Of a DNA stretch of 64,000 nucleotides, positions 37,950 through 49,340 are shown in pieces. Location of the stretch: assembly GCF_009834535.1 (NCBI RefSeq), contig NC_045696.1, positions 7,628,001 to 7,692,000 on the forward strand, read 5' to 3'. Positions within the stretch are counted from its first letter, which is position 1. Every line of letters starts with the position of its first letter. This DNA is from Camelus ferus (lineage: Eukaryota). A program made the position numbers and the translations under genes. The notes under the pieces are model-generated. The model had not been told where the DNA came from and did not search any database. It was given only the letters and a program-made list of their open reading frames with translations.

Positions 37950-38214
37950 TTGGGGGGGAGGGTAAGTAGGTTTATGTATTTTATTAAAAAAATTTTTTTG
38001 GTAGGGAGGATATAGCTCAAGTAGTAGAGTACATGCTTAGCATGCAGAAGTCCTGGGTTCAATCCCCAGAACCTCCTCTAAAAATAACTAAATAAGTAAA
38101 CCTAATTACCACCCCCTCAATTTTTTATTTTTTTGATTGAGGTGCTGGGTAGTGAACCCAGGACCTCATGCATGCTAAGCATGCACTCTACTGCTGAGCC
38201 ATACTCTCCCCACC
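37950..38214 (-). mobile_element. Vic-1-like SINE split by a second SINE (tail ~37950-37990, head ~38136-38214)
   Basis: Antisense tail ggggggagggtaagtaggtttat; antisense head gaacccaggacctcatgcatgctaagcatgcactctactgctgagccata; TSD gaatgaggttttt/gaatgcgattttt. Confidence 0.85.
38001..38126 (+). mobile_element. Vic-1-like SINE nested in opposite orientation
   Basis: gggaggatatagctcaagtagtagagtacatgcttagcatgc...taaacctaattaccacccc; flanked by atttttttg at 37992-38000 and 38127-38135. Confidence 0.9.
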
Positions 38215-39183
38215 GAATGCGATTTTTATAGAAGCTTTTATTGTAAATATTTAATGAAAATGTTTAAAATAAAATAGTAAATTAAAAAACAAAACAAAAA
38301 AATGCAGTTCCCCAAAATAAATGACAACCAGCTAAGAACAGACTTCTGGGAAAAAAACAGGGCCACTCTGCTTTGATTAGCAGATCTTGTATGAAGCAAC
38401 CAGAACGTGGGCCCTTGAGATGCCGATGTCGGGTGGGAGCTCTGAGAAGCCGGGGAGGGCCCTGGAGGTTCAGGGTGGGCCAGCAAAGGAGGGCCGATGC
38501 TGGGGCCTTGGCGCTACAGCTCACTGCTTTACCAAGGCCTCGTCCGGACCTGCTGGTCTCACTTATGACCTGGCTGGCCTCCATCACGTACACACAGATT
38601 CAAGTGCACACCATGTGAATCATTCATTGCAGGCTTCTGCGGAACAGGGCTAGTGAGACGAGAAGGCACAGTAAGGGGCTGGGGGTTCTCTGTATTTCTC
38701 CCACCCCACCTCTGCCTTCTGCCTTCCAGTCTCCAGCCTTGGGATGGGGTGGGACAGGAAGAAAGGTTAAAGGGAAGGAGGAAGTAGCTAGAGGATTGTT
38801 CCTTGTCCTGTTTGGGAATGTCCCTGAAGCCACCAACGTGGAACTGGCATACCTCGTGTGCCTGGGGTGTGAAATGGTGTGTGGAACAAGATGTAAGCCG
38901 TCCTGGACAAGGTTTTAAACGAATTCCCAGATTAGTGTGAAGACTTTTAAAAACATCATTTGGCCTATTTTCAGTACAGGCTCCCTTGCTTTGTATGGCA
39001 CCGCGGTGGCTGGAACGTGTGCGTGTCAGAACAATGACCTCACTTGGCACGGTTTGTGAAGCCATAGTTCCCACATGCCAGAGTTTCAGTTAACATGGTG
39101 CCATGCAAAGTGGAAACAGCCTATATTAAGAAATTAATAAATTTAAGGTAATCAAAGTATGACACTACCAGGAAAAAGGGCAC

Positions 39184-39186
<3 letters not shown>

Positions 39187-39232
<46 letters not shown>
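39187..39232. repeat. (GT)23 microsatellite
   Basis: Perfect dinucleotide run. Confidence 0.97.
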
Positions 39233-39234
<2 letters not shown>

Positions 39235-39784
39235 TTTCACGTCCTAGTAAATCACAGTTCCTTTGCACTGGTTTTCTGATTTCAGAATACATTAGCCATT
39301 TCATGCTCTGGCTCATGCCCACCTCATAACTAGAGGTGAGGGAACATGATCCCTAGATGTGGTTTTCTCTTAACTAGGTGATTATTGGTGGTGGGTGCTA
39401 TTTGGGCATTCGCGTATTTTTTTTCCCTTCTATTTTTTCTTTTTGTTGCTGTGGGGACTGTATTACATTGCCTGATAATATACTTCCAGAATGGGTTTGG
39501 TTTTAATGCTTTTTCAGTGTGTTAATTGGGTCTGGAGGGTTTCAAAGGACTGCTATTGGTGTGGTGTATGTTATTTATGTTTTTCTGACCCATGGAAGCC
39601 ATGGTATTTTCTTGTAATCTGAAACAGGTTCTATTTTAGAAAGTCTCGCCCACGATTATTGCCATTTGTATGTCCACAGTGTAAATACCAGAAGCGCTCT
39701 GTCACCTCACAGCACTGTTGAACACGGCAGGAGTCCCACCAGGATGTTCTGCTTTTTCATCCGTGTGAGGAACTCAAAATAGAG

Positions 39785-40975
39785 TAGTGGTTTCCAACAA
39801 TATTAGACCCATACTTCTTTTTTTTTTTAAACATTTTTTTGAGATATAATTCACATCCCATACAACTGAACGTTCAATGTGTACAGTTAATCCAGTGGTT
39901 TTTAAGTATATTCACACTTGGGCCACCATTGCTGCAATCAAATTTAGAACGTTTTCATAACCCCAGAGAGAAACCCTGTACCCACTAGTAGTCACTTCCC
40001 ACCCCTAGACCCCCCCATTCCAGCTCTAGGCAACCACTATCTACTTTTTTTAAAATAGACTTTATTTTTTTTTAGAGTAGTTTCAGGTTTACAGCAGAAT
40101 TGAGCAGAAAATACAGTTCCCACATAGCCTTCCCCATCCACACATACATACTCTCCTACCCTCTTTTTGACTCTTTAGATTTGCCTAATCTGGACATTTC
40201 ATATAAATGGAATTGTGTAACGTGTAGCCTTTATCGTCTGGCTTCTTCCATTTAGCATAATGAAAGTTTTGTTCATGCTGTAGCATGTACATGCTTTTTT
40301 AATAACAAATATTTTGTAATGCCATCTTTAACCTCTTGAAGTTAAATTCATAGACTATATAACCAATCTACAGACATAGTTTAAAAATCAATATAATATT
40401 CTAAGCATAATAAAATGGAAGAAATAAAGAGAATGTAGTTAATGTAAATAATACAGATCTTAATATGTGTTCATATCTGACTGTTCAAGAATACATAGTA
40501 GTTAGATGTATGTACCTGAACATAAAATCATGAATGTGATGGCTGCTGGACAGACTCAGAAAGCTATGTCGTATTGGGCAGTTCAGACACCATGAATGGT
40601 GTTGCCTTGGATGATAAGATTTTTCATAATTGGAAAGAACTCTGTACTTTGTTTGGACTTTACCTGTCTTCCCTTGATGTATATGGTGGTAACACCCTTG
40701 GAAAATTAAAAGCATAATAAAACTGTACAGAAAGTCTTCTCTTTATGTATAAAAATAAAATCAGATTCTCATGGCAGATAATTATGAACAAGTTTTACAT
40801 CTACATGAATGAAAAATCGTTTCAGTGGGTCAGAGAGTCTGGTTACTCATTGCAGGACAGAGTGAGGCCCTGGGCCCTCTGAGCACTAAATTCTAGTCAT
40901 TGTGACAACCAAAAAAAAAGTTCTGAGATGTCCCCTAGGTGGTAGGGGGCAGTCCTGCACCCACAGAGGACCTCT
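39785..40975 (+). mobile_element. hAT-Charlie MER20B-like element, split by L1 fragments
   Basis: Starts tagtggtttccaacaatattagaccca, resumes ataacaaatattttgtaatgcc at ~40300, ends tgtgacaaccaaaa...atgtcccctaggtgg. Confidence 0.6.
39820..40295 (-). mobile_element. L1MB-type 3' end containing a short L1MC-type 3' fragment (~40045-40160)
   Basis: gagatataattcacat...ctaggcaaccactatctact [ttagagtagtttcaggtttacagcagaattgagcag] gatttgcctaatctggacatttcatataaatggaat. Confidence 0.8.
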
Positions 40976-41437
40976 TCTCTGGGGTCTACCTTGTGACATT
41001 GACTTCATCAATGCAGTATTTCTTATTAAGGTTTCTGTTCCCTCCTTGAACTGCTTAGATTATTGGCCATACTCTCATAAACAGGAGGAAAGCTGGTACC
41101 TTCTTCACGTGTGGTGGGAAGGGAGTACTCTTTGTCTGATTCTCCCTTCCCACCCCCCACCCTCCTGGGCCCCAAGATCCCGCGTAAGTCCCACTTCTGT
41201 TGTGAAACATTGCACTGTCAGAGCAGTCCCAAGAAGTCACTCCTTCTGCAGAGCTCTAAGGATCCATAGAATCTACATCTTCTTTTGATGCTTCCTGCAA
41301 CTGTTGTGTGTTATAAATTATCTTTTGGCAAGAGCATCTTCCTAAGTGTCCCTCGCCATGCCCAGGACATGCCTGCCTCAGGTGGGAACCCACTGAACAT
41401 TTGTCTCCATGGTAGAGTAATGGGATGCTGTTAATAG

Positions 41438-42950
41438 CAGTGTTTTTTTTTTTTCCCTTCAACTTTCTCACTGTGAACCCCTAAAATAATTTTGGAAATC
41501 TGTAAATCCCCTACAACATATTTAAGCTAACATTTAACAATTTTCGTCAAATTTTAAATAATTGCGAAGTATATGATTTTAGCATATGATAAAATGTTGA
41601 TGTTCAAAAGACTAGTATCTCTTTGTAAAATTTAACTAGTGAATCTACTATACTTATCTTAGGCCTACCTCATCCACTAAAAATTATATGATACTCTTCT
41701 TCTTTTTTAATGGAGGGACTGGGGATTGAACCCAGGACCTCGTGCATGTTCAGCATGTGCTCTACCACTGAGCTATTTCCCTCCCTCCAAAAGCTCTGAT
41801 TTGATTGTCAAAATTTAATGTTGTTATTTTGTCTCCTTGAACTCATATTTCCATTCCAGTTCCTTCAAAGAATTTTATACTCATATAATACTTTTTTATG
41901 CTTTAAAGTCTTTAAATGATCACCCTAGGATATTTCTCAATAACAAAAACATGTAATTTTCTGTGAACATAAGGCTCTAAGAATAAAAAAAAAATTCTTC
42001 TGAATTGAGTTCTCCTTGTAATTGTCAATGGTATACAATATATCAAAAACAAATAAATTGTAAATACATTTTGACAAATGCTTATTAAGCATAACTAAGT
42101 TTTTATGGGAAATACATCCCTGAGTGGAATGGATGGGATAATTTGTTTCAATCAGTTCGTTTATCTGTGGATGAACAAGACTTATTGACAGAATGAAACA
42201 GTTTAGCATTAATTCTGTTCTTTTTAATGTATGTTACCAGTGAGAAACTTTCACATAAAAAAAAGTAGATGGGAGTGGAAGGGTTTTATTTATTTTTTTC
42301 TTATATAGCATTGTCACCCAGTTTAAAAAAATATTTTCAAGTTATATGCTAAAAATTACATTCCTCTCTCATCAATAATTATTTTAACTTATCTGTCAAT
42401 TGATAACTCAAGTCCTCCTTCAGTTTTGTTGAATGCAAAAAATGGAAACCACCTGATTTATGAAAGGATTTTTTTTCTAGTCACAATCATTCACTATGTT
42501 AACATCTGATAGTGCCTGAGACTTTATTATAACATATCAAGTTGTTATAATTATACCTATTAATGCTTTACGTAGAGATACCTATTTTAATCTATTTGAG
42601 AACAGTTGCTAAAAATGAAACAACTAATTATAACACATCTTCATAGTATGCTTTTTAAACAAAATGATTATCTTTTATCCTATGTTTTAAATGTACCTTC
42701 ATAAAAACCTTGAGCTGCAGATTTAGCTCTTCCAGTTTTTGGAAAGTACCTGCCATAGAACCTAATTGGCAAAGCCAATCTTCTTTGGCAAACCAGTGAG
42801 CCAAACCAAACTTTCTTTTAGAATGTCCACCATTCTTTTTCAATTCAGATAAACATATTAGTATTTACGCCCCGGTGACCATATCTCACTTCATTCTAAT
42901 TTGAAGATGGATAAATAAATGAGGCATACAGTTTTGTCCTCTGGATAAAA
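41438..42950 (-). mobile_element. hAT-Charlie (Charlie7-like) remnant with transposase traces
   Basis: Minus-strand ORF 42655-42843 (LAHWFAKEDWLCQLGSMAGTFQKLEELNLQL) resembles the Charlie/Buster transposase W..LAY..DIF..LN.LNL.LQ motif; terminus mirrors 28040-28157. Confidence 0.7.
41703..41788 (-). mobile_element. Vic-1-like SINE, short form
   Basis: ttttttaatggagggactggggattgaacccaggacctcgtgcatgttcagcatgtgctctaccactgagctat. Confidence 0.9.
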
Positions 42951-45900
42951 TGAGGAATTCTCATCTTGAACAGTTCTCTTTGGCGTTTCTTTAGGAGTAA
43001 AGTGTTCTTGCAGACCAGCTAGGTCATGGAAGAGTAAGATTGTTCAGTGAAAGTTGTCTGCACTCCCTCTGTCAGACCCTGGAATACATCTTGGTCAAGA
43101 ACGATGCCACATGGATCAAAATATCTCATTTCTAAATGCTACACTTCGCAAAATGTGTTTAAGATGAGGCATGATCTCTTGTTTGTGGTGTTTGATTGGA
43201 GGCTCTGTTTACTGTCATCACTGTTTTGCATTGCCCATTTGCTACCCCTGTGGGAGGCTTTTACATCCTGGGCTGTGCTCCAGGTAGACCTGGGGAGGGT
43301 GAGAAGTGTTCCTTTCCTTGTCATCTGGGAAGGAGATGGTTGTTTCAGGGGAGGTTTAAAAATACAGTTTGTGTGTGCCCAGACTCCAAGCCCATTCTGA
43401 AATAGACTTGGTTTAGGAAAGAATGCATTTGGAAAGTTGCATCTCTGGGGATTTTTTTTCTCTTAAAACTGTTCATGCTTACATGCCCTCTTGGAAAGAT
43501 GTCTTGCCCTACTTTGAAGATGGCTGTGTTTTAGGACATTTTCAACACTCATTAATCATGAGAATCTTGCAGTGATGGTGTGCACTGAGTCCTAGAAGGC
43601 CAAAGGACGTATAAGAAAATTGTGCTTGTGTTTGAAAGTTCGAGAACTCGTGTTTTTCCTCTCTTCCTTTCTCCCCTTCCCGTTCTTCTGCTCTTCTCTG
43701 TCCTGGAAATGATTTAAGGTAATTTATAAGTAAGCTAAAATATGTCAGATCTTGAAATAAAATTGTGAGGGACAAAAGGAGAAGCAATGGTAGAGACACT
43801 TTTTTTTTTGAAAAACATCAAAAGCAATGGTAGGAATGAATAAAAATGATGCACAAAATAAAGACCTAGATATCTGTCCCCGAGGGTGGTCCCTTTGCAG
43901 AAGGCGCCTGGTGTGCACCAGGACTTGGATGGGGTCTCAAGGCCACAGGGAAGGGCTTAAGGAACAGGTTGTAGAGGGAGAACTTACCAGCCAAAGTTCA
44001 GGTCCTTCTGGTACCTGTGGGAGAGGTGTACCTGGCACCGTGCTGGAATGAAGTGGGTATATGTCCTGGGGAAGGGACTTCATACAAAACAAGTGAGAGC
44101 CCTCTTGTCAGTGGGGCAGCAGATGGCCTGGCGCCAAGCAGCAGGACTGGGGTGGCGGCTGTTTACAGATACTGTCTCAGGCCCACAGGAAGCTGGGAGT
44201 GGCCCTTTCTGCCAGGAGAGGAGTCCTCTGATTTCAGAAGCTGAGAGAAGGGATGAATCCCCAGTCCCATGTGTCTTGTAGCCCAGCTGACCCAGAGGAG
44301 CCTCGTGGGTAGTTTTCTGATAACCCTACTTATTGGAGTTATAAATTTTTTCCTTAAAATGACCAACAGCAAAGGGTAAAGTCTCCTCTGTTAAACTAGT
44401 TGCAGATTAAAAATAGAAACACTTAGAGAAAATAGAATAATTCTTCCGCTGGAAGTGAGGCTGAGTAGCATCCTCAGAGGCATCTTTACTGCAGGGGTTT
44501 ACCAAGGAGTTTCACAGGTGGCCCTGTGGTGTCTGGCGTTAATTTAAAAAACTCTTTAAAATTTATGTAGGAATCAATACCCCAAAATGTAGCAAATTTA
44601 ATTCTACTTTTTCTAATTTTTAGTTTCTCAAATATGTGTTTCTGAAATGTAGAAGGCTCTTAACGTAACTGTTGAAGTATCTTGCTTTACTCCATAGCTT
44701 TTCTCGTACACGTGTGTGGAGGGGAGGCGGTGCGGTACAAAAAGGCTTTTGCCAAGAGAAGATATGGCCGGTTTTGGAATGCCTGATTCCTAGCCCACCG
44801 TCAGCCCTTGGCCGTAGGACTGTGCACCTGAGCCCTGGCACATCCCCGCATCCCCACTGGGGTGGTGGTGGGGGGTGTCCTGGGAAGCCACCTTCTCCCC
44901 TTTCCACTGCTTCCTGGCCTGCCTGGGGAGTCTGACTGCCCCTGGGTGGGGGGCTCCTCATTGCAGTTGGGAGTGAAGGGACACAGAAAACACAATAACA
45001 TTTGAGGGCGAGAATTCAATCAGGACTTTCATACTTGTTGACAGGTGCCCCCTGCTGTCCCCAAGTCCCAGAATCCCCAGTGGTGGCTGCAGACAAAACC
45101 CACCCGAAGGGTATCCCTCCATTTTCTGAGCCCTTTCATGAGGAAGGGAGCTAGAGACCCTGGGGTCTGAGGGCTCAGGGTGCTGGGAAGAGGTGTGCGT
45201 GCGAGTCCCTTCTCTGCAGCATGGGCCTTCCTGAAGTCATGCTCAGTCTCCGAGAGGGCCCTTCCTGGGAGGGTCAGGATCTCCAAGGTGCGGGATGGAG
45301 AGCAGGCTCCCCTGTCTTCCCCTGCTCCCCAGCCTGCTGAATTCTAAAGGGAAGGCCCCAGGCGGGGCGAGCTGCCCGGGTCACCGCCACATCCTCCTTT
45401 TGCCTGCTCCTTCCTCTAGTCCCTTCATTGCACTGAGACAGAATTTTAAGTATTAAAATATTCATAGGAATGTTAAGGTGCAAATCCACATGTGACTCAC
45501 TTTTTAATATATTTATAGGGGAAAAAAAAGCAAAGCCTCTAACAGTGATAGCTGCAGGAAAGCTGCTGCTGCCATACACATATTTTCTGAAAAGTAAAGG
45601 CGAGTGAGCAACTTTCCCATTTTCTTCCTGCCTCTGCTCCCACCAGACCCATTTTAGGGAGGGGTGTTGAGCATGAAGAGAAGAAAGTGAAAGGAACAAA
45701 ATTAAGTGTAAAACCCTGTGAGATGTAGCAGGAAAGAGCTGAAACAAGGCAGCTTTTTAATAGGGTGAGCATACTTCGGGGCTAAGGACATCCTGCATCA
45801 AAGCCATCTCTCCTGAGTTTTAAGTTTTACTCTCTGTTGGAAACTACTGAGTTATTTTACATGTCAGGACTTCGGTAACTTGAGCAGAGGAGAAATGTAT

Positions 45901-46014
45901 CTGAGGTGGGTAGCTCACAAAATTAAGGGGAAGTTTGGACGATGGAGCTGGGAAAGCAAGTTAGAAAGCAAAGGGAGGCAAAGGTGGAGTCTGGGGAGAC
46001 TCCTGCCCTGCACG

Positions 46015-46046
46015 CCTGCCCCTGCCCTGCCCTGCCCTGCCCTGCC
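46015..46046. repeat. (CCCTG)n microsatellite
   Basis: cctgcccctgccctgccctgccctgccctgcc. Confidence 0.9.
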
Positions 46047-46859
46047 GGTCTGGGCGAGTCTCTGGCTGAGTCTCTGGCCTCTGGCCTCCCACCCAGATGT
46101 CCCAGGGGTTCCATCTCCACCCACAGGAAGGAGATGCAGGGGCTTGGCCTAAAGCAGCCAAAGTCGTTTTTCTCTTGGACCCTGATGAGATTATGATTAT
46201 GTTTAATGACTAGAAAAATGAACCAAATTTAACGAATGTTTTAAACTTTTTGAAATAAATACATTTTATATGTATATGCTTACATGTTTGTGTATGATCT
46301 CTTGATGAACAATGAACAAGTTAGCCTATTGGTGCACAATTGTTGATTAATTGATTGCAGACAAAAAGGCCTTCTGCAGGTATGTTACTGAGGACCGGTG
46401 GTTCTAAGTGGGTAATATCCTCCCCTAACTGGCACGTAACAAACCGCTTTAGTTCCACCGTTTTCTGGATCATCGTTAGAATAACATAGCTTAAATGGAA
46501 TTTATTCACCGTGCTGTTATATCAATATATTTTTTATTATTTTAGGATTAGATTTCCGTGTATAACAAGAATGTTGTTATTGTCTTCAGAGGGGATTTTA
46601 TTATTACCGTTCTAGAATGGACCTTTTATTCCTTCACCATCCCCATTTTCTCCTTCATTAACTAAGAAGCAAATTAGACTTGCATTTAGCCGATGTCTGC
46701 CAAATGTTATTTTTAGAAGCCTTCTCACCTCTTTCTCACTCCTTCGGGGTTTCTTCTTTCTTTCCTTAACTATGTTTTGCCCTCTTAATCATTGCAATTC
46801 AAATCAGTGCCTTCCCGTATTAGTTCAATATGTAAAACCTATTGTTTATTTGCTCTTGG

Positions 46860-47740
46860 CATAGGAAAGGCCTTTCTAAGCCTAAAAATTCAAGGAAAAA
46901 TGAAAAAAGAAAAAGATTTATGTAGCGTAATGAATTTCTATATGTCAAGCCACACTATGAAGTAATCAGGTGACCAATGGAGAAAAAAATATTTGGAACA
47001 ATAAGTAGTAATCAAAGGGTTAATATTTTCAGTACACACAAAGTTTTACAATTGATAAATGGGTAAAGGAAGCAAATGGTCCATCTCCAATGGAAGCAAT
47101 CAGGTGACCAGTAAAAATGTGGGAAAATATTTGAATATCATTATTAATAAAATGGGAAAATGTAGTTTTTTGCACCCTAAATTGTGAAGATGAAAAAATT
47201 GTGGACAGGTGTGGGTAAACGTGTATTCTCACACGTTGGCACAGAATTAATACAGCCTTTCTGGTGTGTTTTGTGTTACATACAGGCCTTAAATTGTGCA
47301 TATATTTTAATCTGACAATTCATTTTGTAGGAATTTAAACCAAGAAGATGAAGTACACACAAAGATACATATGCCTGCACGTTCGTGGCTCCACTGTTGA
47401 TAATACAACGAAAGAGACAGTCTCAGTGCCTAATAATAGGAGGTTAAATTTTATATCCATGTGATTAACTATTTGTATAGTTTGTTAAACTATTTGTATA
47501 GCTGTGAAAAAAACCATAAGACTCACAAAAACAGATCAAAAAGCAATACCCAGAGTATGACCCAATTTGTGTTTTAAAGAAGTAAAGACAAAAGGCTTGT
47601 GTACAGGCTGAAAGACGGCGAGGAGAGTTTCTCTGTGAGGGGCGGAATTATGGGAGACACGCCCCCCACTTGTGACTTTTCTGAATTTTCTAAAATTTCT
47701 TCTGTGAAAGTGTATTGCTGCTGTAAACAGGAAGAAAAAA
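46860..47740 (+). mobile_element. Highly decayed L1ME-type fragment
   Basis: caaagggttaatattt, caattcattttgtaggaattta, tcagtgcctaataataggag and A-rich L1 composition. Confidence 0.55.
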
Positions 47741-49189
47741 CAAATCCTTTCGAAAGAACTAGAGTGTCAGTATTTTAGGCATATGGAATATTAGGAGGGA
47801 AATTCTCATGCTGGTCTTTTCTTTCTCACCTAGTGCTATCCCAGCTCTTTGGAGTTTCGAGCCAAAGTTTATTTAGTCTTACAATTTACCATATGCAATG
47901 TTTTAAATAAAAATTACTTTTGAGATTTCAAAAAGCTGAGGCACTTTAGATATCAGTTACTTAGCTTAATATGCAATTCTAACAAATTGAGACCAATTAG
48001 TAGGGTAGTAAATAAGATGCTATTTATATCTACTGTAATAAAATACAAAACACATATAAAGATATTTATATTGACTGTTGATGTTTACTGTAACTTTCTG
48101 TGCTGATACTGTTAGTTCTATGAAACTCTTTTTAAGTGATTCGTAGAAATGAGTTTGTACTAAGAACGCAGATGATCTTGATTTTAGTGTGTTGCTATGA
48201 CTACCAGCTCTTATTTTATTGGTCGCTTTTTATACCATGTCCTATGTGAAACACTTGATTTTTTTTTAAAAAACGAAATTTTGCCCTCCAGACTAATATT
48301 TTGATATTAAAAATGGCAGCATCTGGTGCCATTTGTATATTCTGAACTCCAAGTAGTTGGTGTTTTTTGTTTGTTTGTTTTTTAAGGTTTCTGCCTGAAG
48401 CTTTTCAGTGATAAAACTATGGTAATTTGTTGCAAAGGAGAAAAATATAGTCATTTTATATTGTGGCAGTGATGGTGTTCCCAACATCACTGTTTACAAA
48501 AGGAAGATTTTAAAATTAGTTTAAGCTGGATGGCTGAAACAGCCAAATGAATTAGATTTTTGTGTTTTTGAAAAGGCTGCAAAAATTTCGAGAACTGTTC
48601 TTGGAATGGCCTTTTGAAAATCCCCTTGCAAGCCAGGCGAAAGATGAGGCGTGCATGGCTCTAAATCTGGCATTGTTGGACCGATCGGGCAAAGACGGGT
48701 TTATTGACAGGAATGCTGCTGAAGAACCACGTGAATTGGGCTGTTTGCTTTCAGATTTAGTGGTTGTTTAGACAAGCAGAACTCTTTATTCCTGCTCAGA
48801 CCTGAGTGAGCTGAGCCTCAAGGTTGAAAAGTAAAAAAGGAACACGCGCAAAAGTTCTTTCTCAGCTTAGATTTCTGTGTGTCATATTGACTTTCCTTCA
48901 GAATTTTCTTTGTTGTTAATGTGATACTTCTTCCCATCCTGCCCCCTAAAGGATTTTTCTTTTAGGACTAACTGCATACCTTCATCATTCACTCTCTTTT
49001 TTGTTTTACCAAAAACAAAGCAGCAACAACATCAACAACACAAAAACTGAATAGACCTTCCCCCACAATGAACAAACAAGGAGAAACTCAAGAGAACTGT
49101 GTCCTCCCATCCCCCTCCTTGGGAACACAGGTCCAGGCCCCTAGAAGTGCTCTGGTGGAGATCCTGCAAGTCTCAGAAGGAGGGCAGAA

Positions 49190-49340
49190 ACTCAACATTT
49201 ACTGAGTGCCTACTGTGTGTCAGCCCTGGGAGCTTTAGGAGGTGGCAGGTTCCCATTGGATAGATGAGGAAGCAGATCTTGAGGTCCCTCAGCTAGAAAG
49301 TGCAGAATTTGAATTTGAATCTAGGTCTTCCTAAGCTTGC
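49190..49340 (-). mobile_element. MIR fragment
   Basis: aacatttactgagtgcctactgtgtgtcag...atagatgaggaagcaga...atttgaatctaggtct. Confidence 0.65.

Noticed and set aside
42655..42843. Possible domesticated transposase gene
   Set aside because: Only a short, stop-bounded remnant within a heavily decayed Charlie fossil.
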